Part shown: in pieces, positions 8,749 to 20,222 of the stretch
Position numbering within the stretch: position 1 is the first letter of the stretch
How the letters are laid out: every line of letters starts with the position of its first letter
NCBI GenBank assembly: GCA_035428045.1
Contig: DAOMCT010000001.1
Coordinates: 162,899 to 226,898, forward strand
DNA from: Thiobacillus sp.
GTDB lineage: Bacteria > Pseudomonadota > Gammaproteobacteria > Burkholderiales > Thiobacillaceae
Reading direction: 5' to 3'
DNA length: 64,000 bases
Notes under the pieces: model-generated
The model's database searches: none
What the model was told of the DNA's origin: nothing
Seen by the model: the letters and a program-made list of their open reading frames with translations, nothing else
Program-made: the position numbers and the translations under genes

Positions 8749-9882
8749 TTAACTAACAAACAGGCTAAGGTAACGATCGAATGCAAAGACCCTTCCGCGT
8801 TGCTGCCCCGTAATTTCGGTCACTATCCCCAGGTTTTCCATGTCACGGATAAGTGCATTAGCCGTTGGGGTGCTGACTGACAGCGCCACCTCGATATCCG
8901 TCGCTGACACCATAGGCTTGCGGTAGAGCAGATTGAGCATCAGTCTCGCGTTAGGTGCGCGTTTCCCCAGTGATAGGACGGCGTGTTCAACTTCAGTGCG
9001 CAAAGTCAGAATCTTGCGGAACACGTCACGGCCCTTTGTCGCAGTTTCTGCCACACCACTGAGAAAGAATCGAACCCAATGAATCAGATCATTCGAAACC
9101 CGCACACGCATCAGTGCATCGTAATAGCTTGCGCGGTTGCGCTCAAAATAGTCCGAAAGATAGAGTGAAGGTTTGGCCAGCAAGCCGTGATTGACTAGAT
9201 AGAGCGGAATCAGCAACCGCCCGATACGTCCATTGCCATCCAGAAACGGGTGGATGGTTTCAAACTGGTAATGGCTGATGGCTACCCGAATCAGATGTGG
9301 AACCGCAATGTTTTCGTTATGCCAGAACTTCTCCATTTCTCCCATCAGATCGGGTACTTCATCGGGGTGCGGCGGAATAAAAACCGCGTCTGCCAAACTG
9401 GCACCGCCAATCCAGTTCTGGCTTGCGCGAAATTCCCCGGGCTGTTTGTGCTCACCGCGCACTCCCCGCATCAGGATTTCATGCGTGTGCTTGAGCAAGC
9501 GGTTGGATAGCGGCAACGTGGCCAATTCCCGGATCGCCACATTCACTGCGTCGATGTAATTGCGCACTTCGCGCCAGTCGTTGCGCTTCTCCGGCAGAAT
9601 CTGTTCTTCGGGCAGGAGTGCCTCGTCAATGCCTGTTTGTGTCCCCTCGATGCGGCTGGAGGTTTGTGCTTCTTTGACCACGTGCATCTCAATGAAGAGA
9701 TCGATGTCAGGCACGATCAGCGAAAACGCATTCAGTTCACCCAGCGCTCGATTGGCATCTTCCAGCAGCGTGTTGACCACAGGGTCTTCCCAGGTCCAGA
9801 CAGTATTCACGGGCGATGGCGAAAAACTTTTGTATTGATACTGCTGGTGCCAAATGCCGGCCTTGAATTGTTCGAATTTCAT
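8749..9882 (-). CDS. Fic family protein with inhibitory helix and C-terminal HTH
   Basis: Canonical HPFLDGNGRIGR, N-terminal SSRIEG (SxxxEG) motif, winged-HTH-like C-terminus; lower GC than the flanks. Confidence 0.9.
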   Translation of the reverse strand: MKFEQFKAGIWHQQYQYKSFSPSPVNTVWTWEDPVVNTLLEDANRALGELNAFSLIVPDIDLFIEMHVVKEAQTSSRIEGTQTGIDEALLPEEQILPEKRNDWREVRNYIDAVNVAIRELATLPLSNRLLKHTHEILMRGVRGEHKQPGEFRASQNWIGGASLADAVFIPPHPDEVPDLMGEMEKFWHNENIAVPHLIRVAISHYQFETIHPFLDGNGRIGRLLIPLYLVNHGLLAKPSLYLSDYFERNRASYYDALMRVRVSNDLIHWVRFFLSGVAETATKGRDVFRKILTLRTEVEHAVLSLGKRAPNARLMLNLLYRKPMVSATDIEVALSVSTPTANALIRDMENLGIVTEITGQQRGRVFAFDRYLSLFVS

Positions 9883-11828
9883 TTCATCGCCTTTCTGGCG
9901 TGCTTCCCGACCGTTACTTGGCTGGCCGAGCTGCGCGCCAGGTTCAGCGCCAGCAAACGCTTGAGGATGTCCTCGTCCGGCATTTCCGGCGTGTAGTCGG
10001 TCCAGCCGTAGGCGGCGGCCACCGCCGCGTCGAGTTCGCGGTGGGCGTGGTCGAGCCAGGCCGGGCGGGCGTTGTAGAGATTGGTGAGGGTGCGTTTTTT
10101 CAGCTCGGCTTCATGGCTGGGCTTGGCGACCGGGCGCAGCGGGAAGCCGGCCTGCTCTTCTTCTTTCGTCCGCACCCAGTCCACCCACTCCGGCGGGTTG
10201 AGCCAGGTTTCGCGCAGGGTGTTGAGTTGTTTTGCGGCGGCGGCGATGGCTTCGGCCGTCACCCCGGCGGGGAAGGGGAAGGTCTCGAAGCAGGATTTTG
10301 CGAAGTATTCATCGCCCAGTTCGCCGCGTTTCATGCTGCCGCCGAGGAAAGGCGGATTGCCGAAGATGGCGTCGGCGGCGGGCCAGAGAGGTTCGCAGTA
10401 AATCTCGCTGCTTGAATCGATTTTCCGATAGGCCAGTACCGCATCGCGGTTCTCGATATGGTCGAGCGGCTGCAGGATCGGGTTGCGTCGCAGCGCGTAG
10501 CCGTGCGCCAGCATCCACTGGATTTCGCCGATCCACACGGTGACGCGGGCGAGTTCGGCGGCATACGGGTTGAGTTCGATGCCGAGGACGTTGGCGGGGC
10601 TGGTTTCGATCACCAGTTCGCAGTGCAGGCCGAGAGATTCGGCTTCGAGGTTGGCGCGGTGCTCCAGGTCTTTGAGGGTTTTCAGCGCCAGGTAGAGGAA
10701 ATTGCCGCTGCCGCAGGCGGGGTCGAGCACGCGGTAGGCCTTGAGCCGCTGGATGAAACCCGCCAACGCGGCCTGGGCGTCGCGGTGCGCGGTTTGCGAG
10801 CCTTTGCCGCCCTGGACATAGCTTTCCATCAACCCGGCGATGCGTGCCTTGACCGGCTGCCATTCGGCCAGCAGCGGCGCTTCGATCACCGGGCGGATCA
10901 GTTTGAGAATGGTGGCGGGGTCGGGGTAGTGCGCGCCGAGCTGGCTGCGCATGTCGGGGTTGAGGCCGCGCTCGAACAGGGTGCCCAGTATCGCCGGCTC
11001 GATCTCGCCCCAGCCCATGCGCGCGCAATCGAGCAGGTGCACCACATCTTCGGTGGTGAGCGGCGGCACCTCGATCAGCTCGAACAGGCCGCCGTTGAAA
11101 TAGGGGATGGTTTCCAGCGAAAAGTCGCCGCCTTTCTGCATGGCGGCAAACAAGGCAGTTAGCCGGGACTGGGCTTTGGTACCGTCCGGGTTGGATTTAT
11201 CGAGCACCCTTTCAAATAGCTTCTCGGGCAACAATTTCGCGTCTTCGGCAAACATGCAGAACACGCACTGGATCAGAAAGTGCGCGGTTTGCAGCGGTGT
11301 GTTGCCTTGCGCATTGAGGCGCTCGGCCAGCTTGCCCATCTTGCGCGCGGCTTCTTCGGTGACGGCGTAGGTGGTCGTGCGGGGTTTGTATCGATCAGGC
11401 GCATTAAATAGCCAGCGCAGCTTTTGCAGGTTTTCCGGCTGGCCAATGTCTTCCAGCAGAATCTCATGCACTTCGCTCGGCGTGCCGGTGAAGTGGGTGT
11501 GGATTTCAATCCGTTTGCGGTCGCTCACCACCAGCAGCGGTGGGTTGTCGAGCGCCAGCGCGTACACCATCAACTGCTTGAGCGCCGCGCCGAGATCCTT
11601 GTCGGGCGCCTTGTATTCACAGGCGAAGCAGCCGCGTTTCCACACATCCGCCCAGCCCTGGCTGGCGCTGCTTTTCTTGATCAGCCCGCGTTCGTACTGG
11701 TATTCGCCTTCGACGCGCGGCGGCTCCACTTCCAGCAGCGCGCACAGGTCTTCGAAATGCGCCTGCGCGCCCGCGCGTTCGGTCAGCGGGTTGGCGCGCC
11801 ATTTGGCGATGAAGGCTTGCGGGGTCAT
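9879..11828 (-). CDS. MmeI-like (type IIL/IIG) restriction-modification enzyme with an apparent in-frame internal deletion; possibly inactive
   Basis: N-terminal ADVWK..EYK nuclease-like motif, motif I LDPACGSGNF, motif IV GNPPF. GDEYF is joined directly to AKSCFETFPFP; only 649 aa. Confidence 0.8.
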   Translation of the reverse strand: MTPQAFIAKWRANPLTERAGAQAHFEDLCALLEVEPPRVEGEYQYERGLIKKSSASQGWADVWKRGCFACEYKAPDKDLGAALKQLMVYALALDNPPLLVVSDRKRIEIHTHFTGTPSEVHEILLEDIGQPENLQKLRWLFNAPDRYKPRTTTYAVTEEAARKMGKLAERLNAQGNTPLQTAHFLIQCVFCMFAEDAKLLPEKLFERVLDKSNPDGTKAQSRLTALFAAMQKGGDFSLETIPYFNGGLFELIEVPPLTTEDVVHLLDCARMGWGEIEPAILGTLFERGLNPDMRSQLGAHYPDPATILKLIRPVIEAPLLAEWQPVKARIAGLMESYVQGGKGSQTAHRDAQAALAGFIQRLKAYRVLDPACGSGNFLYLALKTLKDLEHRANLEAESLGLHCELVIETSPANVLGIELNPYAAELARVTVWIGEIQWMLAHGYALRRNPILQPLDHIENRDAVLAYRKIDSSSEIYCEPLWPAADAIFGNPPFLGGSMKRGELGDEYFAKSCFETFPFPAGVTAEAIAAAAKQLNTLRETWLNPPEWVDWVRTKEEEQAGFPLRPVAKPSHEAELKKRTLTNLYNARPAWLDHAHRELDAAVAAAYGWTDYTPEMPDEDILKRLLALNLARSSASQVTVGKHARKAMK

Positions 11829-12193
11829 GCAGCCGGGTCGATGATTTGACCCGCATTCGCCGCGGCCTTGAGAGCATGCAGGTTGTGCAGCAGGGCGGGG
11901 ATGTCAGTCTGAATGATGCTCCCGAGCGTGTCGTTGTCGATGCCGAGATAGCCATGAATCAACCGGCTACGCGTGGCTACGATGCGGCGCCAGTCAATGT
12001 GACTGGCGAATTGCCGCGCATGCTCGGGAATGTGTGTGGCGGCTTCGCCAATGAGTTCGAGATTGCGCACGGTGGCGTCGTAGTTAAGGCCGCTTTGCTC
12101 GAAACGGCTTTGTTCCATTTCATGGGTATAGGCCAGTACCTTTTCAGCGAAGTCGATCATGTCACTCACGTAAAAGTGCCATTCACGCGACAC
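11825..12193 (-). CDS. HepT-like HEPN ribonuclease toxin (DUF86)
   Basis: DATVRNLELIGEAA and W..IVATRSRLIHGY (Rx4H plus Tyr). Confidence 0.88.
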   Translation of the reverse strand: MSREWHFYVSDMIDFAEKVLAYTHEMEQSRFEQSGLNYDATVRNLELIGEAATHIPEHARQFASHIDWRRIVATRSRLIHGYLGIDNDTLGSIIQTDIPALLHNLHALKAAANAGQIIDPAA

Positions 12194-12476
12194 GAATAGC
12201 CTCTTTCTCGATATAGGGGCGGAGTTCCGGGCGCAGGGCCTTGTCGGTGACGAGGTCTACCGGGCAGCCGAACAGGTCTTCCAGATAAAACTGCAAACCG
12301 AAATAGCGGTCGGAGGTGGCTGGTCCGTCAAATTCGACCAAGACGTCAACGTCGCTTTTTTCCCGCGCTTCATCGCGTACGGTGGAGCCGAAGAGCGACA
12401 GATGCCGAACGCCGAAGCGTTGGTAAATCGTTTCCTTGTGTTCCTGCAGCAGGTGCAGAGCGTTCTGTTTGTTCAT
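12183..12476 (-). CDS. MntA-like minimal nucleotidyltransferase antitoxin
   Basis: GS-x10-DxD motif ([16 protein letters not shown]); start at ATG 12476; overlaps hepT. Confidence 0.88.
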   Translation of the reverse strand: MNKQNALHLLQEHKETIYQRFGVRHLSLFGSTVRDEAREKSDVDVLVEFDGPATSDRYFGLQFYLEDLFGCPVDLVTDKALRPELRPYIEKEAIRVA

Positions 12477-12495
12477 CGTGATCTCGATGGATAAC

Positions 12496-13275
12496 TCAAG
12501 CCCGATAATCGTAATCGACAATCAGCGGCGCGTGGTCGGAAAAGCGCTGGTCCTTGTAGACGCTGGCCGCTTTTGCCTTGGCGGCGATGCCGGGGGTGGC
12601 GATCTGGTAGTCGATGCGCCAGCCGACGTTCTTGGCATACGCCTGGCCGCGGTTGCTCCACCAGGTGTAGGCCTCGCCGGTGTGCTCGGGGTAGAGGCTG
12701 CGGTAGACGTCGACCCAGCCGAGTTCATCGAACAGGCGCGTCATCCAGGCGCGCTCTTCGGGCAGGAAGCCGGAGTTCTTCTGGTTGGATTTCCAGTTCT
12801 TCAGGTCGACCTCTTTGTGGGCGATGTTCCAGTCGCCGCAGATGACGATTTCGCGGCCGCTTTTGATCAGCGCTTCGAGGTGGGGAAAGAACACGTCCAT
12901 GAAGCGGAATTTGGCCTGCTGGCGCTCGTCGCTAGAGGAGCCAGAGGGCTGGTAGAGCGAAATGACGGCCAGATTTCCGTAGTCGGCTTCGATGTAGCGG
13001 CCTTCGGCATCGAACTCGGGGACGTTCAGGCCTTCGACGATGCGCTGCGGTTGCGTGCGGGTGTAGACCCCCACGCCGCTGTAGCCTTTTTTCTCGGCGT
13101 AATGAAAGGCGCCGGTGAGACCGTCGCACTGGATGAATTCGGGCTTGAGGTCGGCGGCCTGGGCCTTGAGTTCCTGCACGCAGACGACGTCGGCGTGTTG
13201 CGTAGGCAGCCAGTCGAAAAATCCCTTGGTGGCGGCAGACCGGATGCCGTTGAGGTTGGCCGATATAATTCGCAT
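12496..13275 (-). CDS. xth: Exodeoxyribonuclease III
   Basis: [31 protein letters not shown] motifs. Confidence 0.95.
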   Translation of the reverse strand: MRIISANLNGIRSAATKGFFDWLPTQHADVVCVQELKAQAADLKPEFIQCDGLTGAFHYAEKKGYSGVGVYTRTQPQRIVEGLNVPEFDAEGRYIEADYGNLAVISLYQPSGSSSDERQQAKFRFMDVFFPHLEALIKSGREIVICGDWNIAHKEVDLKNWKSNQKNSGFLPEERAWMTRLFDELGWVDVYRSLYPEHTGEAYTWWSNRGQAYAKNVGWRIDYQIATPGIAAKAKAASVYKDQRFSDHAPLIVDYDYRA

Positions 13276-13305
13276 TGCGTTTATCTACTCAAGAAAAGTC
13301 AGGAA

Positions 13306-13944
13306 ATGTCCGATTACAAAGCCGAGTTTGTGGAGTTCGCGATTGCGTCGCAGGTGCTGTGTTTTGGTGAATTCAAGACCAAGGCAGGGCGCATGAGCCC
13401 CTACTTCTTCAATGCAGGACTGTTTAACGACGGCGACAAGCTGAAACGGCTCGGCGAATTTTACGCCAAGGCGATTGTGGATTCGGGGATCGCGTTCGAC
13501 GTGCTGTTCGGGCCGGCCTACAAGGGGATTCCGCTGGCGGCGAGCATTGCGATCGCGCTGGCCGGCATGGGCAGAAACGTGCCGTTTGCGTTCAACCGCA
13601 AGGAGGCCAAGGACCACGGCGAGGGCGGCACGCTGGTCGGCGCGGAGCTGAAAGGCCGCGTGCTGATCGTCGACGATGTGATTTCGGCCGGCACCTCGGT
13701 GCGCGAATCGGTGCAGCTGATCCGCGGCGCGGGGGCCGCGCCGGCGGGGGTGGTGATCGCGCTGGACCGGATGGAGCGCGGAACAGGCGAACGATCCGCC
13801 GTGCAGGAAGTACAAGAACAAGTGGGCATTCCGGTGGTGGCCGTGGTCACGCTGAATAATCTGGTGGAGTTTCTGGAACGTGATGCAAGCAGACAAGCAG
13901 AATTGCAAGCCGTGGCGGGTTACCGCGCAACCTATGGCGTTTAG
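13306..13944 (+). CDS. pyrE: Orotate phosphoribosyltransferase
   Basis: [31 protein letters not shown]; start MSDYK at 13306. Confidence 0.96.
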   Translation: MSDYKAEFVEFAIASQVLCFGEFKTKAGRMSPYFFNAGLFNDGDKLKRLGEFYAKAIVDSGIAFDVLFGPAYKGIPLAASIAIALAGMGRNVPFAFNRKEAKDHGEGGTLVGAELKGRVLIVDDVISAGTSVRESVQLIRGAGAAPAGVVIALDRMERGTGERSAVQEVQEQVGIPVVAVVTLNNLVEFLERDASRQAELQAVAGYRATYGV

Positions 13945-14530
13945 TGCATTGGCACTGGCTTTGATGCTGGTCGCTGGGAGCGCGCAGGCGCAGATGTATC
14001 GCTGGGTGGACGGCAACGGCCGGGTGCATTACAGCGATACCGCGCCGATGACCTACCGGCAAAGCGGCGGCGCTGAACTGGGCAAGCAGGGCAACGTGAT
14101 CAAGCGTACCCAGTCCGAAGCGGAACGCCGCGCAGAAGCCGCACGCGCAGCCAAGCAGAAGCAGCTTCAGCTGGAGCAGCAAAAACAGGCACAACTGGAT
14201 CGCGCGCTGACCCAGACCTACACCACCGAAGCGGAAATTGACCTGGCGCGCGACCGTGCGCTGGAACATCACAAGCTGGCGATCAAGGGAGCTGAAACCC
14301 GCAGCAAGGCCGTGGAAGCCAATCTGGCCGACCTGCGCACCCGCATTGCGTCTATCGAAAAAGCCAGGGGCAAGGTGGGGGCGGGGCTGACTGCGCAGGT
14401 CGAACAGGCCAGCCGAGAGAGCCTGGAACTGAAGCGCGTCATCCTCAACAACGAGGAAGCCATGCAGCAAGTGCGTGACAAGTATGCGGCCGATAAGATG
14501 CGCTTTCGGGAGTTGACGGCCAAGCCTTGA
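13934..14530 (+). CDS. DUF4124 domain exported protein
   Basis: Signal peptide then [15 protein letters not shown]; coiled-coil C-terminus. Confidence 0.85.
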   Translation: MAFSALALALMLVAGSAQAQMYRWVDGNGRVHYSDTAPMTYRQSGGAELGKQGNVIKRTQSEAERRAEAARAAKQKQLQLEQQKQAQLDRALTQTYTTEAEIDLARDRALEHHKLAIKGAETRSKAVEANLADLRTRIASIEKARGKVGAGLTAQVEQASRESLELKRVILNNEEAMQQVRDKYAADKMRFRELTAKP

Positions 14531-14563
14531 TTGCGCTGCCAACAGGCAGCCGGGCCGGGGGGG

Positions 14564-14617
14564 GGATGAACGAAAAAGCGTTGGCAGGGTCACCCCGGCC
14601 AACGCTTTTTTTCATCC
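14564..14617. terminator. Bidirectional rho-independent terminator
   Basis: aaaaagcgttggc...gccaacgcttttt stem with A/T tails between convergent genes; overlaps the gatB stop. Confidence 0.85.
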
Positions 14618-16042
14618 CTGAAGCTTGAGCTTCAGCAGGTCGTTGACCTGCGCCGGATTGGCCTTGCCCTTGCTGGCTTTCATGACTTGCCCCACCAGCG
14701 CGTTGAAGGCTTTTTCCTTGCCTGCGCGGAATTCCTCGACCGACTTGGCGTTGGCGGCCATGACGTCGTCGATGATTTTTTCCAGTTCGCCGGAGTCGGA
14801 CATCTGCTTGAGGCCGCGCGCCTCGATGATGGCGTCGACTTCGCCCGCGCCTTCCCACAAGCCTTCGAACACCTGCTTGGCCAGCTTGCCGGACAGCGTG
14901 CCGTCCTGGATGCGGGCGACCAGCGCACCGAGCCGGGCGGCGGAGACCGGGCTGCGCTCGATGCTCAAATCGGCCTTGTTCAGCGCGGCGGAGAGTTCGC
15001 CCATCACCCAGTTGGCGGCGAGCTTGCCCTGGCCGCAGGCTTTCGCCGCAACTTCGAAGTAATCGGCCAGCGCGCGCGAGCCGGTCAGCACGGCGGCGTC
15101 GTAGGGCGAGACGCCGTATTCGCTTTGAAAGCGCGCCTGCATCGCGGCGGGCAATTCGGGCAGTGTGGCGCGTACCTGCTCGATCCAGTCTTCGTCGAGT
15201 TTCACCGGCAGCAGGTCTGGGTCGGGGAAGTAGCGGTAGTCGTGCGCGTCTTCCTTGCTGCGCATCATGCGCGTCTCGCCGGTGTCGGGGTCGAACAGCA
15301 CGGTGGCCTGCTCGATGCGGCCGCCGTCTTCCAGTGTCTCGATCTGCCAGCGCACTTCGTAATCGATCGCTTGCTGCAGGAACTTGAACGAGTTGAGGTT
15401 CTTGATTTCGCGGCGGGTGCCGAATTCGGCCTGGCCGACCGGGCGCACCGACACGTTGGCGTCGACGCGGAAGCTGCCTTCCTGCATGTTGCCGTCGCAG
15501 ATGCCGATCCAGGTCACCAGCGTGTGCAGCGCGCGGGCGTAGGCGACCGCCTCGGCGCTGGAACGCATCTCCGGCTCGGAGACGATTTCAAGCAGCGGCG
15601 TGCCGGCGCGGTTGAGGTCGATGCCGCTCATACCATGAAAGTCTTCGTGCAGCGACTTGCCGGCGTCCTCTTCCATGTGTGCGCGGGTGAGATTGATCAC
15701 GCGCTCGGTGTCGCCGACCTGGATGGTGAGCGCGCCGCCTTCGACGATGGGCTTGGCCAGCTGGCTGATCTGATAGCCCTTGGGCAGATCGGGGTAGAAG
15801 TAGTTCTTGCGGTCGAATACGTTGATGCGGTTGAGGGTCGCATCGATGGCCAGTGCGAATTTGATCGCGCATTCCACCGCGCCCCGGTTCAACACCGGCA
15901 GCACGCCGGGCAACGCAATGTCGACCGCGCTCGCCTGGGTGTTGGGCGCCGCGCCGAAGGCGGTGCTACTGCCGGAGAAGATCTTCGACTGGGTGGCGAG
16001 CTGGGTGTGGACTTCCAGCCCGATGATGGTTTCCCATTGCAT
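14612..16042 (-). CDS. gatB: Asp-tRNA(Asn)/Glu-tRNA(Gln) amidotransferase subunit B
   Basis: [41 protein letters not shown]. Confidence 0.97.
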   Translation of the reverse strand: MQWETIIGLEVHTQLATQSKIFSGSSTAFGAAPNTQASAVDIALPGVLPVLNRGAVECAIKFALAIDATLNRINVFDRKNYFYPDLPKGYQISQLAKPIVEGGALTIQVGDTERVINLTRAHMEEDAGKSLHEDFHGMSGIDLNRAGTPLLEIVSEPEMRSSAEAVAYARALHTLVTWIGICDGNMQEGSFRVDANVSVRPVGQAEFGTRREIKNLNSFKFLQQAIDYEVRWQIETLEDGGRIEQATVLFDPDTGETRMMRSKEDAHDYRYFPDPDLLPVKLDEDWIEQVRATLPELPAAMQARFQSEYGVSPYDAAVLTGSRALADYFEVAAKACGQGKLAANWVMGELSAALNKADLSIERSPVSAARLGALVARIQDGTLSGKLAKQVFEGLWEGAGEVDAIIEARGLKQMSDSGELEKIIDDVMAANAKSVEEFRAGKEKAFNALVGQVMKASKGKANPAQVNDLLKLKLQG

Positions 16043-16083
16043 GTTGATTACCCCGTATGACGCTTTATTGATGCCGTGCCGGC

Positions 16084-16419
16084 TCAATTCGATTCGTTGT
16101 CGATCACTTGATCGCGTAGTTGGCGCAAGCTTTCCGGCATGGTCAGGGTTGTCCTGTCCCATCCTTCCAAGTCCAGTATCTTGTCCAGACACTGCTCCAG
16201 CACGGCATGGGCCTTGCGGGTCGCCTCGGCAATACGCGCATGAACCTGAATGTTCAGTGGGCCGTCGTTTATGCACGTCTGCTGGTAGCTGTAGAGCTCG
16301 CGTAACGACAGGAGCTGGTTCGCAACCTGGGCGGGGCAGGCGCACATATAAATCATCGCCTCGTCCGTGATTCGTTGCAGCTGTTTTTCGCTGTGGCGCA
16401 CAGGCAATACTTCGATCAT
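16084..16419 (-). CDS. Small helical Cys-rich hypothetical protein (111 aa)
   Basis: [32 protein letters not shown]...; RBS agagggggg; ATGA overlap with the gatA stop. Confidence 0.75.
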   Translation of the reverse strand: MIEVLPVRHSEKQLQRITDEAMIYMCACPAQVANQLLSLRELYSYQQTCINDGPLNIQVHARIAEATRKAHAVLEQCLDKILDLEGWDRTTLTMPESLRQLRDQVIDNESN

Positions 16420-17879
16420 GATCCCCCCTCTATGGTTGGTTGCCGCTGATGCCAGTAGGTGGCGCGCTGATACTGGTGGGCGACATTGAGCATTTTCGCC
16501 TCGCTGAAATAATCGCCGACGAGTTGCAGGCCGATCGGCAGGCCTTTGCTGTCGAAGCCGCACGGCAGGGACATGCCGGGCAGGCCGGCGAGGTTGGCAG
16601 GGATGGTGTAGAGGTCGTTCAGATACATTTCCACCGGGTCGTCGGATTTTTCGCCCAGCTTGAACGCGGTGCCGGGCGCAGTGGGGCCGAGAATGACATC
16701 GCAGGTCTTGAAGGCGGCGCTGAAGTCCTCGGCGATCAGGCGGCGGATCTTCTGCGCCTGCAGGTAATAGGCATCGTAGTAGCCATGTGAGAGCACATAC
16801 GCGCCGATCAGGATGCGGCGTTTGACCTCGGCGCCGAAGCCCTGCGCGCGGGTCTTGCAATACATGTCGTCGAGGTTGCCGTATTCCGGCGCGCGGTAGC
16901 CGTAGCGCACGCCGTCGAAGCGCGACAGGTTGGACGAGGCTTCGGCGGGCGCGAGCACGTAGTACACGGGAATGGCAAGTTTGGAATTGGCGAGCGAGAT
17001 CTCGACGGTGGTCGCGCCGAGCTTCTTCAGTTCGGCCACGGCTGCTTCCACCGCAGTAGCGACTTCATTGCCCAGGCCTTCGGCAAAAAACTCCTTCGGC
17101 AGGCCGACGCGCAGGCCGCTCAGGGGTTTGTCCAGGTCGCGCGTGTAGTCTTCCTTGTCGCGTTCAAGACAGGTCGAGTCCTTGGGGTCGAAGCCGGTCA
17201 TCACGTTCAACAACAGCGCGCAATCCTCGGCCGACGGCGCCATCGGCCCGGCCTGGTCGAGGCTGGAGGCAAACGCGATCATGCCGTAGCGTGACACCAG
17301 GCCGTAGGTGGGTTTCAAGCCGGTGATGCCGCACAGCGCGGCGGGCTGGCGGATCGAGCCGCCGGTGTCGGTGCCGGTGGCGGCCGGCGCCATGCGGGCA
17401 GCGACGCACGCCGCTGCGCCGCCGGACGAGCCGCCGGGCACGTAGGCGGGGTTCCAGGGGTTTTTCACCGCGCCGAAATAAGACGTTTCGTTGCTTGAGC
17501 CCATGGCGAACTCGTCCATGTTGGTCTTGCCCAGGCTCGGCATGCCGGCGGCCTTGAACTGCTGGATCACGTGAGCGTCGTAGGGCGCGACAAAGTTGTG
17601 CAGCATTTTCGAGCCGCAGGTGGTGAGCCAGCCGTCGGTGCAGAAAATATCCTTGTGCGCGATCGGCACGCCGGTGAGCGGGCCGGCCTGGCCGGCGGCA
17701 ATGCGCGCGTCAGCGGCGGCGGCCTCCATCAGCGTTTTTTCGGCATCCAGCGTGATGAAGGCGTTGATCGACGGGTTCAGCGCGGCAATGCGGTCGAGAT
17801 ACTGCTGGGCGAGTTCGCGGCTGGAAATCTGGCGGGTCTTGAGCTGCGCGGCCAGGGCGGAAAGCGTGGTGTCGGACAT
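16416..17879 (-). CDS. gatA: Asp-tRNA(Asn)/Glu-tRNA(Gln) amidotransferase subunit A
   Basis: Amidase signature [32 protein letters not shown]. Confidence 0.97.
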   Translation of the reverse strand: MSDTTLSALAAQLKTRQISSRELAQQYLDRIAALNPSINAFITLDAEKTLMEAAAADARIAAGQAGPLTGVPIAHKDIFCTDGWLTTCGSKMLHNFVAPYDAHVIQQFKAAGMPSLGKTNMDEFAMGSSNETSYFGAVKNPWNPAYVPGGSSGGAAACVAARMAPAATGTDTGGSIRQPAALCGITGLKPTYGLVSRYGMIAFASSLDQAGPMAPSAEDCALLLNVMTGFDPKDSTCLERDKEDYTRDLDKPLSGLRVGLPKEFFAEGLGNEVATAVEAAVAELKKLGATTVEISLANSKLAIPVYYVLAPAEASSNLSRFDGVRYGYRAPEYGNLDDMYCKTRAQGFGAEVKRRILIGAYVLSHGYYDAYYLQAQKIRRLIAEDFSAAFKTCDVILGPTAPGTAFKLGEKSDDPVEMYLNDLYTIPANLAGLPGMSLPCGFDSKGLPIGLQLVGDYFSEAKMLNVAHQYQRATYWHQRQPTIEGGS

Positions 17880-17882
17880 GGC

Positions 17883-18170
17883 TTAGTCGATGACCCTGGG
17901 CACGAGGTACAAGCCGTTTTCGACGGCGGGCGCGATGGCCTGAAAGGCGGCACGGCGGTCGGTTTCGGTCGCGACGTCTTCGCGCAGGCGCTGATAGACC
18001 TCCTGCGCATGCGCCATCGGGCTGACGCCGGCCGTATCGACTGCCTGCATGGTGGCAATCAGGTCGAAAATGTTGTTGAGCTGGGTTTGCGTGGCCTGCG
18101 CCTCGGCATCGCTTGTTTCGATGCGGGCAAGGCGGGCGATGCGCTTGACGTCGTCCGTTGAAAGGGACAT
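17883..18170 (-). CDS. gatC: Asp-tRNA(Asn)/Glu-tRNA(Gln) amidotransferase subunit C
   Basis: [10 protein letters not shown]...LREDV...GLYLVPRVI. Confidence 0.95.
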   Translation of the reverse strand: MSLSTDDVKRIARLARIETSDAEAQATQTQLNNIFDLIATMQAVDTAGVSPMAHAQEVYQRLREDVATETDRRAAFQAIAPAVENGLYLVPRVID

Positions 18171-18208
18171 GAAAACACCTGGTTGCTTACGGTAAATAAG
18201 CTCGTTAG

Positions 18209-19312
<1,104 letters not shown>

Positions 19313-19349
19313 ACCCGGCAAGGCGCAGCCACCCTGACGGCAGACGTTG

Positions 19350-20222
19350 ATGGCAACGTCGAATCAGCTCATGTTCGCCCGCCAGCTGGGCGCGACTGCC
19401 CGCCTGTTGATCTGGTTGCTGGTGGGGCTGGCCTGCGTGATCGCCGATTCCCGTTATCACGCGCTCGAAGGCTTGCGCAGCGGGTTTTCGCTGCTGCTGC
19501 AACCGGTGCGCGAAACCTTGCGTGTTCCGGCCGATGTCGCCACCGAACTGGGGGGCTTCTTTACCCGTCACCGCCTGTTGCAAAACGAACGCGATGCCTT
19601 GCGCATTGAACGTGCAAGCCTGCTGGCGAGCGTCCATGCCGGGCGCGAGATCAGCCGCGAAAACGCCGAGTTGCGCGCCTTGCTGAAGTTACAGACGCGT
19701 CCCGGCCAGCAGCTGGTGCATGCGGCCATGCTCTATCGGGGGCATGACTGGTTTGCCCAGCAACTGGTGCTGGATCAGGGCGGGCGCGCAAAACTCCGCC
19801 CCGGCTTGCCGGTGGTCGATGCCAGTGGCCTGGTGGGGCAGTTGAGCCAGGTCTACGCGAGTAGCAGCGAGGTCACGCTGGTGAGCAGCCCCAATCAGTT
19901 AACCCCGGTGTTCATTGAACGCACCGGCCAGCGTGGCCTGGTGGAGGGCAGTGGACGCGGTGTTCTCGAACTCAAATACATGCCGGGCAATGCCGATGTG
20001 CGGGTCAATGACCGCTTGATGACCTCTGGTATCGACCGGGTATATCCGGCCGGGATACCGGTGGCGCGCGTCACCCGCGTGACGCATTCGCAATCGGGGC
20101 CCTATTTGCGGGTGGCCTGCGCGCCGTTGGCCGGCCTGGACCGCGCGCGCGCCGTGCTGGTGTTGCGCGCCGACCCGCCGGTCGTGCAAACGCCGTTGCC
20201 GCCAAAGGACAAGAAACCATGA
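19350..20222 (+). CDS. mreC: Rod shape-determining protein MreC
   Basis: TM plus coiled coil (ENAELRALL), GLVGQ, TSGIDRVYPAGIPV. Confidence 0.93.
   Translation: MATSNQLMFARQLGATARLLIWLLVGLACVIADSRYHALEGLRSGFSLLLQPVRETLRVPADVATELGGFFTRHRLLQNERDALRIERASLLASVHAGREISRENAELRALLKLQTRPGQQLVHAAMLYRGHDWFAQQLVLDQGGRAKLRPGLPVVDASGLVGQLSQVYASSSEVTLVSSPNQLTPVFIERTGQRGLVEGSGRGVLELKYMPGNADVRVNDRLMTSGIDRVYPAGIPVARVTRVTHSQSGPYLRVACAPLAGLDRARAVLVLRADPPVVQTPLPPKDKKP

Noticed and set aside
8671-12495. Prophage, IS or integron origin for the accessory cassette
   Set aside because: No integrase, transposase, terminal inverted repeats, attC-like sites or matching direct repeats at both ends were visible.
12436-13305. 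502-aa ORF extending pyrE upstream, antisense to xth
   Set aside because: In-frame shadow of xth; the PyrE fold starts at ATG 13306.
14687-16060. Long antisense or alternative-frame ORFs (for example 14687-16060, 24188-25726, 36430-37914, 47374-48789, 48521-49972, 50395-51795)
   Set aside because: Typical stop-poor shadows of strongly GC3-biased real genes; no motifs or RBS.
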